Assembly (NCBI GenBank): GCA_964202905.1
Contig: CAXNJO010000002.1
Coordinates: forward strand, 96,001 to 160,000
DNA length: 64,000 bases
DNA from: Polyangiales bacterium
GTDB lineage: Bacteria > Myxococcota_A > Polyangia > Polyangiales > JADJQN01
Reading direction: 5' to 3'
The stretch's first letter is position 1; every line of letters starts with the position of its first letter. Below the pieces are notes generated by a model. It was not told the DNA's origin, made no database searches, and saw only the letters and a program-made list of their open reading frames with translations. Position numbers and translations under genes: made by a program. This document shows, in pieces, positions 43,637 to 56,119 of this stretch.

Positions 43637-45083
43637 GGCTTCGTCGCCTCTCCGGTGTGCACGGCGCGCGCGAGCGCGGTGACGATCCGCTCCATCGTCA
43701 TCGAGCGGGATCCCTTGACGATCACGACGTCGCCCGGGCCGAGGAGCCCGCGCAGGAGCGGGACGGCGTCGATCGGGTCGACGACGTGCACGCACTGCAG
43801 CGGCGCCGTGCCTCCAGACGCGCCGTGCGCGGCCGCGTCGATGGCCGCGCGCATCGCCTCGCCGCAGCCGACGAGCACCGCGACACCGGCCGCGCGCGCG
43901 TGGCGCCCGACCTCCGCGTGGTAGGCGGGCGCGTCGGGCCCGAGCTCCTTCATGTCGCCGAGCACCGCGACGGCGCGCGCGCCGCCGAGCCGGGCGAGCT
44001 CGACGACCGTGTCGATCGCGGCCGCGACGCTGTGCGGGTTCGCGTTGTAGGTGTCGTCGACGACGAGGCCACCGTGCGCGCCCGCGACCGGCACGAGGCG
44101 ACCCGCGGCGGGACACGCCTGCGCGAGCCCGCGCGCCGCTGCGTCGAGCGCGTCTTCACCGCAGAGCGAGAGCACCGCGCAGAGCGCGGCCCCGGCGTCG
44201 AGCGCGGCGACCTCGCCGAGCAGCGGCAGCGCGACCTCCAGGCGGCGCGCGCCGATCGCGTACGTGGCGCGGCTCCCGCTCACCTCGTCGAGGGCGCGGG
44301 CGACGAGCCGCACGGAGGCGCCCGCGGCCTTGCCGAAGCTGAGCGCACGCGGTCCGGTGGGGAGACGCGCGGCCGTCGGCGGATCGTCGGCGTTGCCGAT
44401 GGCCCAGCCCCCATCGCCGAGCGCGCGCCACACCGCCGTCTCCTCGTCCGCGACGGCCTCGAGCGTGCCGAGGCCTTCGAGATGCTCGGCGGAGGCGAGC
44501 GTGACGATGGCGACGTCCGGCGCCGCGATCGCCGCGAGGCGCGCGACCTCGCCGGGCGCGCTCGTGCCGAGCTCGATCACCGCGGCCTCGTGGTGGGCCT
44601 CGAGCTCGAGCAGCGTCATCGGCGCGCCGACGAGGTTGTTCAGGTTGCCCGCGGTGCGGTGGACGGTGAGGCCTGCGCCCGCGAGCGCGGCCGCCGTGAG
44701 CTCCTTCGTCGTCGTCTTGCCCGCCGAGCCGCAGACCCCGACGACCGGCCGCGCCCAGCGGCGTCGATGCAGCGCCGCGAGCGCGCCGAGCGCGACGGTG
44801 GTGTCGTCCACCTCGAGCCGCGCGACGCCCTCCGGCGCGGGGCGTCCGCGCTCGACGAGGAGCAGCGTCGCGCCCTTCGCGACGGCGGCCTCGAGGAAGA
44901 CGTGTCCGTCGAGGCGCTCGCCGCGCAGCGCGACGAAGAGCGTCCCCGCGCGCACCGCGCGTGAGTCGATGACGACGCCGCACACGGGCGCGCCGAGCGC
45001 GGCTCCGAGGAGGTCGCCGCCCGTCGCGGCGACGAGCTCGTGCGCGGTGAATGTCGCGTGATTCTCGGGGATCGGGGTCGCCA

Positions 45084-45084
<1 letters not shown>
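43633..45084 (-). CDS. murF: UDP-N-acetylmuramoyl-tripeptide--D-alanyl-D-alanine ligase
   Basis: IDSR, GSAGKTTTKE, GNLNNLVG.P, DDTYNANP, LGDMKELG and VKGSR. Confidence 0.96.
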
Positions 45085-46636
<1,552 letters not shown>

Positions 46637-46640
<4 letters not shown>

Positions 46641-48826
46641 CGGACCACCTGCGCGGGCGCGGGGAGCAGCCCCTCCGCCGAGGCGAGCGTGCGGTCGTCG
46701 GCGTTCGGAGGCGCGGGCGGCGGCGGCTCGTCACCCGCGAGCGCGCGCGGCGCGAGCACGACGCGGACGCGCTCTCCGCGGGCGACGATCTCTCCCGACG
46801 CGGGCGACTGCGACGCGACGACGCCGCTGCCCTCGAGGTCCGCGACGAGCCCGGCCTCGGCGATCACGACGAGCGCCGCACGCGCGGTGCGCCCGCCGAC
46901 CTCGGGCACACGCGTCTCGCCCTGCGCGAGCGTGCGGTCGTCGATGGGCGTCGCGGGCAGCTCGGCCGCGAGCGGCACCGGCTCCTCGCAGCGCCGCCCC
47001 TCACGCCGCGCCGCGCGACACGCGCTCCGCGCCTGATCGAGCTCGACGCGCGCGCGCCGCGCGGCCTCGCGCGACTCGCGCGCCCGCTGCGCGAGCAGCT
47101 GCCCGCCGTCGGCCGCGGGCACGCCGAGGTGGCGCAGCGCCGCCTCGCCTACGCGCCGGAACACGGGCCCCGCGACGAGACCGCCGTAGTGCTCGATGAC
47201 GGGCTCGTCGATCATCACCGCGATGACGAGGCGTGGGCGGTCGGCGGGCACGAAGCCCACGAAGGACGCGACCCACTGATCGGCCGCATAGCCGCCGCCT
47301 ACGTAATCCGCCTTCTGCGCGGTGCCCGTCTTGCCCGCGACGAGGTAGCCCTCGATGCCGGCCTCGACGCCCGTGCCGCCCGGGCCCGTGACGGCGGTGA
47401 GCATGTCGCCGACGAGCCGCGCGGTGCCGGCGGGCACCACCTCGCGGCGCACGCGCGGCAACCGCTCCTCGACGACCTCGCCCCGCCCGTCGCGCACGCT
47501 CCGCACGAGCTGCGGCTCCATGAGACGGCCGCCGTTGGCGATCGCGCTCATCGCGACCGCGAGCTGCATCGTCGTGACGCTGACGCCCTGGCCGAAGGCG
47601 ATCGTCGCCGCGTCCATCTCGTACCAGCGACGGTAGTTGCGCAGGATGCCCGCGGTCTCGCCGGGGAGCGTCACCCCGGTGAGCTCGCCGAAGCCGAAGC
47701 GGCGCAGCGTGCGGAAGAGCCCCGGACGCCCGAGCGCTGCGCCGATCTTCGCGGTGCCGATGTTCGACGAGCGCGCGAGGATCTGCGCGGGCGTGAGCAC
47801 GTCCCACGGATGCGAATCGTGGATCGTGTACTCGGCCACGCGCATCGCGCCGTGCTCGCAGTCGATGAGCTGCTCGGGTGCGATGGCCCCGGCGGCGAGC
47901 GCGCCGGCGACCGTGAACGTCTTGATGGTCGAGCCCGGCTCGTAGCGGTCGGTGACGGCGCGGTTGCGGCGCGCGTTCGGCGACGCGTTCCCCGGATCGT
48001 TGGGGTTGAACGTCGGGTAGTTGGCGAGCGCGAGCAGCTCGCCCGTCTGCGGATCCATCACGATCACCGTGCCCGCGCGCGCCTCGCTGGTGCGGACGGC
48101 GAGCGCGAGCTCGTGCTCGGCGACGGTCTGGATCGCCTTGTCGATCGTGAGGACGAGGTCGTCCCCCTGCGCCGCGCGGTCGTCGAGCAGCTGCTCGCTG
48201 AACACGACGCGCCCGCGCCGATCGCGGATCGCGGGGACCGCCGCGACGCTGCCACGGAGCCGCTCCTCGAACTGCCGCTCGAGGCCCTCGATGCCGACGC
48301 CGTCGATGTCCGCGAAGCCGAGCACGTGCGCGGCGAGCTCGCGGTTCGGGTAGTAGCGGCGCGCCTCGCTCGACATCGAGACGCCCGGCAGATTCATGGC
48401 GCGGATCGCGGCGGCCTGCTGCGGCGTGACGCGGCGCTCGAGCCACACGAAGTAGCGATCCAGGGCCATGCGACGGGCGAGCGCCTCGACGTCGACGCCC
48501 GGCAGCACGCGCCCGAGCGCGAGCGCAGTCGTCATCGGGTCGCCTCCGCGCGCCCGCAGCTCGCGCGGGTTCGCCCAGACACTGTCGACATCGACGCTCA
48601 CGGCGAGCGGCGCGCCGCGTCGATCGAAGATCGTGCCGCGCTTCGGCGCGAGGCGGATGTCGCGCAGGTACTGCTCCTCGGCGAGCTTGCGGAGAACGGG
48701 CCCCTGCTCGATCTGGAGGTCGTACGCGCGCCGCGCGACGGCACCGGCCCCCGCGAAGAGCGCGAGCGCGAGCAGCACGATGCGCAGCTTCATCCAGCGC
48801 GCGCGGCGGGGATCGAGGTTCCTCAT
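46637..48826 (-). CDS. ftsI: Class B penicillin-binding protein FtsI with C-terminal PASTA domain
   Basis: RGTIFDR, RYYP, GIEGLE, EPGSTIK (SxxK), SSNIG and AGKTGT. C-terminal VPEVGG..GSGVVASQSP is PASTA-like. Confidence 0.95.
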
Positions 48827-49335
48827 CGGACGCCCCCGGCCGCGCGGCGCGAGGCCCGCGCGCCCATCGGCACGACGCGCGCGGGCGGCGGCACGTCCAT
48901 CCCGAGGGAACCACGCGCGACGGCCTCGACGCGCCCGGCCTGGCCGAGCGTCGCCGCCTCGATCGAGAGCAGGCGGCGCTGCTCGACGAGCGCGCTCTGC
49001 TCGCGCCGCGCCTTGCCCACGTCGTAGCCGAGCCGCACCGTCTCGAACCGCAGCGCGAGGTGCGCGACGAAGGCGACCGCCGTCGCGAGCACGGCGATCG
49101 TCCAGAGCGCGAGGAAGCGATGCGCGAGCCACGCGGAGAGCGGCGTCGCGAGACGGGCCTGGCGCGGGCTCGGGGGCGGCCCGTTCGTGGCGGCGCGGAC
49201 CGCGGCGATGGCCTGCGCGGCGCGGCGCACGGCCGCGGCGTCGGCACGCACGGGGTCGGCGCGCTCCGGCTCGGCGCCGGCGGGCGGCAAGCGCGTGTTG
49301 CGCGGAGGCAGGGTCACGCCGCGGGTCGCGCTCAT
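48823..49335 (-). CDS. ftsL: Cell division protein FtsL
   Basis: Lies between rsmH and ftsI. One TM segment, a coiled coil and RVEAVARGSLGMDVP. Confidence 0.85.
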   Translation of the reverse strand: MSATRGVTLPPRNTRLPPAGAEPERADPVRADAAAVRRAAQAIAAVRAATNGPPPSPRQARLATPLSAWLAHRFLALWTIAVLATAVAFVAHLALRFETVRLGYDVGKARREQSALVEQRRLLSIEAATLGQAGRVEAVARGSLGMDVPPPARVVPMGARASRRAAGGVR

Positions 49336-50270
49336 CGCCCGGCCTCCCACTCGGCGTCACGGGGCACACGGCGCGCGGCGCGCAGTTTGGCGCTGCGCGA
49401 CCGCGGATTGCGCGCGGACTCCGCGTCGTCGGCGACGACGGGCCGCTTCGTCAGCGGCTCGAGCCGCGCGTCGCCACGGAACGCGTGCTTCACGAGGCGA
49501 TCCTCGAGCGAATGGAAGCTGATGATCGCCGCGACGCCGCCGTCCGCGAGGACGTCGGGCAGCTCCGCGAGCAGCGTGCGCAGCTCGCCGAGCTCGTCGT
49601 TCACCGCGATGCGCAGCGCCTGGAAGGTGCGCGTCGCCGGATCGCTCGCGCCCTGCCGGCGCGGGCCGAGCACCCGCACGACCGCGCGGCGCAGCTCGTC
49701 CGTGGAGCGGAGCTGCCCCTCGGACTCCGCGCGCTTGATGCTGCGCGCGATGGGCCGCGAGCGGCGCTCTTCGCCGTACTCGAAGAGCACGTTGGCGAGC
49801 TCGTCCTCGTCGAGCCGCGCGACGAGCTCGGCGGCCGTCTCGCCGCGCGAGCCGTCCATGCGCATGTCGAGCGGCCCGCCGCGCGTGAACGAGAAGCCAC
49901 GCGCCGCGTCGTCGAGCTGAGGCGACGACACGCCGAGGTCGGCCACGACGCCGTCGACGTGCGCGATCCCGCGCGCCGCGAGCGCCGCGCGCAGTTCGCC
50001 GAAGGGCGCATGCACCAGCTCCACGCGCGCCCCGTGCGGCGCGAGGCGCGCCCGCGCGGCGGCGAGCGCCCGCTCGTCGCGGTCGAAGCCGATGACCCGG
50101 CCCGCCGGCGCCGAGCGCTCGAGCAGGCGCGCGGTGTGCCCTCCCCCGCCCACCGTCACGTCGACGTACAGGCCGCCGGAGCGCGGCGCGACCGCGTCCA
50201 CCGTCGCGTCCGGCAGGACCGTCTCGTGGACGAAGGCGGGCGCGTCCGCGTCGTGCGTCGCGTCGCTCAC
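49332..50270 (-). CDS. rsmH: 16S rRNA m4C1402 methyltransferase
   Basis: HETVL, DVTVGGGGH, DLGVSSPQLD..RGFSF, PLDMRMD, FQALRIAVN, ISFHSLEDR and NPRSRSAKLR. Confidence 0.97.
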   Translation of the reverse strand: MSDATHDADAPAFVHETVLPDATVDAVAPRSGGLYVDVTVGGGGHTARLLERSAPAGRVIGFDRDERALAAARARLAPHGARVELVHAPFGELRAALAARGIAHVDGVVADLGVSSPQLDDAARGFSFTRGGPLDMRMDGSRGETAAELVARLDEDELANVLFEYGEERRSRPIARSIKRAESEGQLRSTDELRRAVVRVLGPRRQGASDPATRTFQALRIAVNDELGELRTLLAELPDVLADGGVAAIISFHSLEDRLVKHAFRGDARLEPLTKRPVVADDAESARNPRSRSAKLRAARRVPRDAEWEAGR

Positions 50271-50719
50271 AGCCCGAGCTCCGCGAGCCGCCGCGCCATC
50301 TCGACGCGACGCGCCTCGTCCGCGAGCGCACCCGAGCGCAGCGCCTCGAAGCGCTCCTTCGACCAGAGCTCGATGTGCCGGCCCATGCCGGCCCAGAGCG
50401 CGTCGCGCTCGAGCGACGCGTGATCGCGCAGCCCCTGCGGCACGAGGAGGCGGCCGAGCTTGTCGATGTCGACCTCGACCGCACCCGACACGTAGATGCG
50501 GCGCAACATCGACACCGAGGCGTCGAACTGCGGGAGCTTCGCGAGGCGCTCCTCGAACGCGAGCCACTCCTGCATCGGGTACGCGACGAGGCACGGGTCG
50601 AGGCCGGTCGTGATCACGAGGCGCGACTCTCCGGAGGCCGCGAGGACCTCTCGGAAACGTGACGGCAGGGACGTGCGCCCCTTACCGTCGATCGCGTGCT
50701 CGTAGCGCCCTCGGAACAC
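50267..50719 (-). CDS. mraZ: Transcriptional regulator MraZ
   Basis: MFRGRYEHAIDGKGR (GTG start), DKLGRLLVP and GMGRHIELW. First gene of the dcw cluster. Confidence 0.97.
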   Translation of the reverse strand: MFRGRYEHAIDGKGRTSLPSRFREVLAASGESRLVITTGLDPCLVAYPMQEWLAFEERLAKLPQFDASVSMLRRIYVSGAVEVDIDKLGRLLVPQGLRDHASLERDALWAGMGRHIELWSKERFEALRSGALADEARRVEMARRLAELGL

Positions 50720-50767
50720 CGCTCATCACCCCGCTCGGTCGGCCTGCCCGCTCGCGCCGCTGAACCA

Positions 50768-50861
50768 CCACCGCGATCCACCAGCGGGCCCCGGCTGGCA
50801 CTTCTTACCACTTCTTGCCACCGACGGGCCGAACCTACGGGCCGCCTCCCGGGGCTGTCAA
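50768..50861 (-). promoter_or_regulatory. dcw promoter with MraZ-binding boxes
   Basis: Minus strand TTGACA(50861-50856)-N18-TAGGTT(50837-50832), followed by GTGG, GTGG, GTGC, GGGC, GTGG, GTGG at exact 10-bp spacing (50821 down to 50768). Confidence 0.8.
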
Positions 50862-51066
50862 CTTCTTTCGGCGCGTCCAAGTGGTCGAATCTGCACGTCT
50901 AACGCGCCCCTCGACCCCCACGCGCGGACGCCCCGTTCAATACGTCATCGCCTTACACTCCGCGCGTTCAGTGGTGCGATCGGCGCCCCGTGCGTCGCGC
51001 CCCGTCCCCGCGTCGGCCGCGCGCGCGTCCGACGGCGTGCGGGACGCGCCGCGCTATCTTCGGCGC

Positions 51067-51417
51067 GTGTCGCAACCTGCCGAGAGCGCCGAGGACGCCG
51101 TCATGCGCGCGTGGGAGGCCGTCGAGGCCAACTGGTCGAGCGACGACGCGCACCGCCGCTTCCTCGGGCTGTGTGCGGCATCGGGGCAGTTGCCGGAGGC
51201 TGGCCGCCGCTACCGCCGCGTGCGCGACGACGACCCGGCGCGCGCGGCCGAGGCGGGCCGGCGCATCGACGCGCTGCTCGCGCTCGCGACCGAGCAGCTC
51301 TTGCGGCACCAGACGCCGCGCCCCGAGGCCCGGGCGCCGCGCGTGACGTTCCTCGCGGTCGGCGTCGCGCTCGTCATCGTCGGGGTCACGCTCTGGCAAC
51401 TCGCGCGCCTGCGGTGA
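51067..51417 (+). CDS. Small membrane-anchored hypothetical protein
   Basis: AWEAVEANWSSDDAHRRFL..C...LPEAGRRYR with a C-terminal TM segment. TATCTT lies 6 nt before the GTG. Confidence 0.7.
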   Translation: MSQPAESAEDAVMRAWEAVEANWSSDDAHRRFLGLCAASGQLPEAGRRYRRVRDDDPARAAEAGRRIDALLALATEQLLRHQTPRPEARAPRVTFLAVGVALVIVGVTLWQLARLR

Positions 51418-51452
51418 TCCGCTGAATCGGTTACCCTCGCGGCGAGGCGCGA

Positions 51453-52149
51453 TTGCAGCTCGATTTCCAGACCCGCGAGATCACCGTCAAGCTCGTCTAT
51501 TACGGGCCCGCGCTCAGCGGCAAGACGACCAATCTGCAGGCCATCCACCACCTCGCCTCGCCGGACGTTGCGGGGGCGTCTGATGACGCTCGAGACGCGG
51601 GACGACCGCACGCTCTTCTTCGACCTGCTGCCGCTCACGTTCAAGCAGGGCGCGTTGCAGGTGCGCATCAAGCTCTTCACGGTGCCCGGCCAGGTGATGC
51701 ATGCGGCGACGCGGCGGCTCGTGCTGCAGGGCGCCGACGGAGTGGCCTTCATCGCGGACTCGCAACGCGCCGAGACCCGCGCGAACGCGGTCGCCTTCGC
51801 CGACCTCCGCAAGAACCTCGCCGACAACGGCCTCGACATCGCGGCCCTGCCGCTCGTCATCCAGTTCAACAAGCGCGACCTCCCGGAGGTCCGCACGGAC
51901 GCGGAGCTCGAGCAGCTCGCGAAGCTCGGCCTCGAGCCGGTCTACAAGGCCGTCGCCACGCGCGGGCTCGGCGTCGCGGAGACCTTCCTCGGGCTCTTCG
52001 ATCTCATCTGGGCGAAGCTCGAGAGCGAGCACGGCTTCGCCGCGAAGTTCGGCCTCGACGGGGTCTCGATGCGCAGCGAGATCGCGCGGCAGCTCGGCGC
52101 CGCCGCCCCAACGTCCGACGGTTCGACGCCCCCGGAGGCACCGCGATGA
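51453..52149 (+). CDS. MglA-family small GTPase, SofG-like (frameshift in the G run at 51573-51577)
   Basis: KLVYYGPALSGKTTNL, then in a second frame DDRTLFFD, KLFTVPGQV, LQGADG, QFNKRD and AVA. Confidence 0.9.
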
Positions 52150-53546
52150 GCGAGGGACCCGTGACGAGGCCCGAGATCGGCGACGTCAGCCGCCTCGACG
52201 ACATCATCGATCGCGACGCGCTCGGTGAGGTCTGCCGCTCCTTCTTCGAGCTGTTCGGCCTACCAATCCGCGTGATCGCGGCGGACGGCAACATGCTCGC
52301 CGACGCGCACGTCGAGCGCGAGGTGTGCGGATACGTCAACGGCACGCTCGGCGGGCGCACGTCCTGCCAGCAGACGGTGAGCACCGTCCGCCGCCTCGTG
52401 CCGACGGACGATTCGGGCACGCTGCACGCGTGCTTCACGGGCGCCGTCTACCGCGCGGTGCCGATCCACTACCAGGGCCGCACGCTCGGACGCTTCGTCG
52501 TCGGGCCGTACCTGCCGGCCGAGACGCGCGAGGTGCCGCGCAGCCTGCTGCTCGTCGATCAGCGCATCGAGCCGACGCGCGCCCGCGAGACGCTCGAGGA
52601 GATGCCGCGCGTGCGGCTCGAGACGGCGCAGCGCATCGCCGCGCACCTGCGCGGGATGCTCGACCTGATCCTGTTCAGCGGCCACAAGGCGCACCTCACG
52701 ACGGAGATGCACCTGCTCAGCGTGCGCGAGAGCTACCGCGAGCTCGCCGAGAAGAACACCGAATTGCAGGGCGCGTACGACCAGTTGAAGGAGCTCGACC
52801 GCCTCAAGTCGAACTTCCTCGCGACCGTGAGCCACGAGCTGCGCACGCCGCTCACGTCGATCCTCGGCTACTCGGAGATGCTCACGAGCGGTCTGACCGG
52901 GCCGCTCACGACCGAGCAGCTCGACTTCATCGGGACCATCCACAACAAGGGCGAGCTGCTCCTGCGGTTGATCTCGAGCCTGCTCGATCTCGGCAAGCTC
53001 GAGCAGGGGCAACTCGCGCTGCAAGTCGAGCCCGTCGAGCCGCTCGCGCTGCTCAAGGACTTGCGCGAGACCGTGGTGCCGGTCGCGAATCGCAAGGAGA
53101 TCCGCGTGGCGATCGTGCCGCCGGAGGGGCCGCTCCCGCCCTTCCGCGCCGACCCGCTCCGGCTGCGGCAGGTGCTCGGCAACCTCCTCGACAACGCGAT
53201 CAAGTTCACGCCGCGCGGCGGCACGGTCACCCTCGCGGTGCGCGAGAGCGCGCTCGACGACGGCCACGGCGACGACCCGCACGGGCGCGTGCTGCTCGCG
53301 CTGCCGCGGGCCGCGCTCGAGTTCCGCGTCTCGGACACGGGCATCGGGATCCCCGAGCGCGAGCAGGAGAAGATCTTCCAAGCCTTCTATCAGGTCGACG
53401 GAAGCTCGACGCGCGAGCACGGCGGCACGGGGCTCGGCCTCTCGATCGTCAAGCGGCTGGTCGAGGCGCACGGCGGGCTCATCCGCGTCGAGAGCGCACC
53501 GGGCAAGGGCACGACCTTCTCCGTGACCATCCCCGAGACCGAGTAA
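52146..53546 (+). CDS. Cytoplasmic sensor histidine kinase with PocR-like N-terminal domain
   Basis: Cys-containing N-terminal domain ([20 protein letters not shown]). H-box [32 protein letters not shown] and [13 protein letters not shown] overlap with the GTPase gene. Confidence 0.92.
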   Translation: MSEGPVTRPEIGDVSRLDDIIDRDALGEVCRSFFELFGLPIRVIAADGNMLADAHVEREVCGYVNGTLGGRTSCQQTVSTVRRLVPTDDSGTLHACFTGAVYRAVPIHYQGRTLGRFVVGPYLPAETREVPRSLLLVDQRIEPTRARETLEEMPRVRLETAQRIAAHLRGMLDLILFSGHKAHLTTEMHLLSVRESYRELAEKNTELQGAYDQLKELDRLKSNFLATVSHELRTPLTSILGYSEMLTSGLTGPLTTEQLDFIGTIHNKGELLLRLISSLLDLGKLEQGQLALQVEPVEPLALLKDLRETVVPVANRKEIRVAIVPPEGPLPPFRADPLRLRQVLGNLLDNAIKFTPRGGTVTLAVRESALDDGHGDDPHGRVLLALPRAALEFRVSDTGIGIPEREQEKIFQAFYQVDGSSTREHGGTGLGLSIVKRLVEAHGGLIRVESAPGKGTTFSVTIPETE

Positions 53547-53559
53547 CCGCAGGCCCACG

Positions 53560-54516
53560 GTGAGCGACGAGTTCACGCGGATCGCGGCGATCGCCGCGCG
53601 CGTGTCGTCGGGCAGCCCGGGCGTGACGCTCGGGATCGGCGACGACGCGGCGGTGCTCGCGCCGCTCACGGGGGGCGTCGTGCTCACCGTCGACGCGTCG
53701 ATCGAAGGCGTGCATTTCCGGCGCGGCTGGGCGCCGCTCCGCGTGATCGCCCGCCGCGCGGTGCACGCCGCGGTGAGCGACCTCGCGGCGATGGGCGCCG
53801 GGGCGCGCGCGACGCTGGTCGCGCTCGCGCTGCCCGCGGACCTCGACGACGCCGACTTCCTCGCGCTCGTCGACGGCACCGCGGACGCCGCGCGCGAGAC
53901 GGGCGCTGCCCTCGTCGGCGGCAACCTCACGCGGGCGAGCGAGATCGGGATCACGACGACGGCCGTGGGCGAGGCGGGCGCGCGCGTGCTGACGCGCGGG
54001 GGCGGACGCCCCGGAGACGCCGTGTACGTCACGGGCGTGGTCGGCGCCGCGGCGCTCGGCCTCGCGCACCTGCTCGGTGATCGCGCGCACGAGCCCGCGG
54101 CAGAGCCCTTCGTCGCGCGCTGGAGCGCCCCCGTCGCGCGGCTCCGGGAGGGACGCGCCCTCGTCGAGGCCGGCGCGACCGCGTGCGTCGACGTCTCCGA
54201 CGGACTCGCGCAGGACCTCGGGCACCTCTGCCGCGCCTCGGGCCTCGCGGCGCGGCTCGAGGCCGCACGTCTGCCCATGCTCGCCGGCCAGCGCGAGCGG
54301 GCGCGCGCGCTCGGCCTCGACGCGGTGACGCTCGCGCTCACCGGGGGCGAAGACTACGAACTCGTCTTCACCGGGCCGGCCTCGGCCGCGCTCGACGCGG
54401 TCGGCACGCGCATCGGCGCGCTCGTGCCCGGGCCGCCGGGCGGGGTCCACACGCACGACGCCGCGGGCGTCGCCATCGACGTCGTCGCGCGCGGCTTCAC
54501 CCACTTCCGCCGATGA
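53560..54516 (+). CDS. thiL: Thiamine-monophosphate kinase
   Basis: EFTRI, GIGDDAA, EGVHF, SDLAAMG, VDVSDGL, GGEDYEL and GFTHF. Confidence 0.95.
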   Translation: MSDEFTRIAAIAARVSSGSPGVTLGIGDDAAVLAPLTGGVVLTVDASIEGVHFRRGWAPLRVIARRAVHAAVSDLAAMGAGARATLVALALPADLDDADFLALVDGTADAARETGAALVGGNLTRASEIGITTTAVGEAGARVLTRGGGRPGDAVYVTGVVGAAALGLAHLLGDRAHEPAAEPFVARWSAPVARLREGRALVEAGATACVDVSDGLAQDLGHLCRASGLAARLEAARLPMLAGQRERARALGLDAVTLALTGGEDYELVFTGPASAALDAVGTRIGALVPGPPGGVHTHDAAGVAIDVVARGFTHFRR

Positions 54517-55253
54517 GTCCGGCCGATGCGGCCCTCCTCGGCGCGCTGGTCTTCGTCGGGGCCGCGCTCTCCGCGGCGGTCGGGCACGGCGGCGCCTCGA
54601 GCTACCTCGCGGCGATGGCGTTCGTCGGGCTCGCGCCCACGACGATGCGGGTCGCGGCGCTCGGGCTGAACCTGATCGTCGCGGGGCTCGCCGTCGTGCG
54701 CTTCGCGGCGGTGCGGAGCGTCCCGTGGCGCACCCTCGCGCCCTTCGTCGCCGGCTCGGTGCCGCTCGCGTGGCTCGGCGGCACGCTCACGCTCCCGGGG
54801 CACGTGCACGCGCGGCTCCTCGGCGTGACGCTCGTCGCTGCGGCCGCGCAGCTCGTCGCGCGCCCGCCCGCGCCCGACGACGCGCCGCTCCGCCCGCTGC
54901 CTCGGGGCGGCGCGCTCGCGCTCGGCGGCGCCATCGGCCTGCTCTCGGGGCTGACCGGCGTCGGAGGCGGCATCTTCCTCAGCCCGCTGCTCGTGCTCGG
55001 CGGCTTCGCGCGCCCGCGCGAGGCGAGCGGTCTCTCGGCCGCCTTCATCTGGCTCAACAGCGCGGCGGCGCTCCTCGCGCGGCGCCCCCTCGACGCGGCG
55101 CTCCCGCCCGCCCTCGCCGGCTGGGCCGTCGCCGCAGCGCTCGGCGGCGCGCTCGGCGCGGGCTTCGGGAGCCGCCACGCGAGCCCGCGCACGCTGCGGC
55201 GCCTGCTCGCCGCCGCGCTCTCCATCGCCGCGCTGAAGCTGCTGATCACCTGA
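54513..55253 (+). CDS. TSUP / TauE-SafE family transporter
   Basis: VGHGGASSYLA and SGLTGVGGGIFLSP duplicated glycine motifs, about 8 TM segments. Confidence 0.9.
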   Translation: MSPADAALLGALVFVGAALSAAVGHGGASSYLAAMAFVGLAPTTMRVAALGLNLIVAGLAVVRFAAVRSVPWRTLAPFVAGSVPLAWLGGTLTLPGHVHARLLGVTLVAAAAQLVARPPAPDDAPLRPLPRGGALALGGAIGLLSGLTGVGGGIFLSPLLVLGGFARPREASGLSAAFIWLNSAAALLARRPLDAALPPALAGWAVAAALGGALGAGFGSRHASPRTLRRLLAAALSIAALKLLIT

Positions 55254-55326
55254 ACCGCAGGGGCCACGGGCACGCATCAACCCCCTTGTCATGTCGCCGC
55301 GCCAGCCCGCGGACACATCAACCGGG

Positions 55327-55355
55327 TTGTCGCATCCCCGGGCGGCTCCTATCGT
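55327..55355 (+). promoter_or_regulatory. Putative sigma70 promoter of larBC (leaderless-type)
   Basis: TTGTCG(55327-55332)-N17-TATCGT(55350-55355), 8 nt before the ATG at 55364, with no SD sequence. Confidence 0.6.
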
Positions 55356-55363
55356 CCCCGCCC

Positions 55364-56119
55364 ATGGATCCCAACACGCTCCGCGCCATGCTCGAGGCCG
55401 TCCAACGCGGCGACACGGGGGTCGACGACGCCCTCGCGCAGCTGCGTGACCTGCCCTTTCGGAGCCTCGGCTACGCGACCGTCGATCACCACCGCGCGCT
55501 CCGCCTCGGCCACCCGGAGGTCATCTTCGGCGCCGGCAAGACCCCGGAACAGCTGCTCGGAATCATCCACGAGATCGCTTCGCACGGGCAGAACGTGCTC
55601 GCGACGCGCGTGTCCCCCGAGTCTGCCGCGTGGGTGACGGCGCAGCTCCCGGCGCTCGCGTACGACGCGCTCTCGCGGACGCTGTGGCTCGAGCAGCGAC
55701 CCGTGGAGGTCCGAGGTCGCGGGACCATCTGCGTGGTGAGCGCGGGCACGAGCGACCAGTCCGTCGCGCAGGAGGCCGCGATCACCGCGCGCGCGCTCGG
55801 CAACGAGGTGCACACGGTCTACGACGTCGGCGTCGCCGGGCTGCACCGCCTGCTCGCGCGGCGGGGCGAGCTCGAGGCCGCGAGCGTACTCATCGTCGTC
55901 GCGGGGATGGAAGCCGCGCTCGCGAGCGTCGTGGGGGGGCTGGTCCCACGACCGATCATCGCGGTGCCCACGTCCGTCGGCTACGGCGCGCACTTCCACG
56001 GCCTCGCCTCGCTGCTCGGCATGCTCAACAGCTGCGCGTCGGGCGTCACCGTCGTCAACATCGACAACGGCTTCGGCGCGGCCTTCGCCGCGAGCCTCAT
56101 CAACCGGCGGGAGTCCTGA
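55364..56119 (+). CDS. larB: Nickel-pincer cofactor biosynthesis protein LarB
   Basis: DHHRALRLGHPEVIFGAGKT, AGTSD..VA.EA, DVGVAGLHRL, VPTSVGYG and MLNSCASG..VVNIDNGFGA. Confidence 0.95.
   Translation: MDPNTLRAMLEAVQRGDTGVDDALAQLRDLPFRSLGYATVDHHRALRLGHPEVIFGAGKTPEQLLGIIHEIASHGQNVLATRVSPESAAWVTAQLPALAYDALSRTLWLEQRPVEVRGRGTICVVSAGTSDQSVAQEAAITARALGNEVHTVYDVGVAGLHRLLARRGELEAASVLIVVAGMEAALASVVGGLVPRPIIAVPTSVGYGAHFHGLASLLGMLNSCASGVTVVNIDNGFGAAFAASLINRRES

Noticed and set aside
51453..53546. Apparent 697-aa GTPase-histidine kinase fusion ORF
   Set aside because: The middle of this frame is Arg/Pro junk while the true GTPase motifs lie in another frame. One extra G in the run at 51573-51577 explains it.
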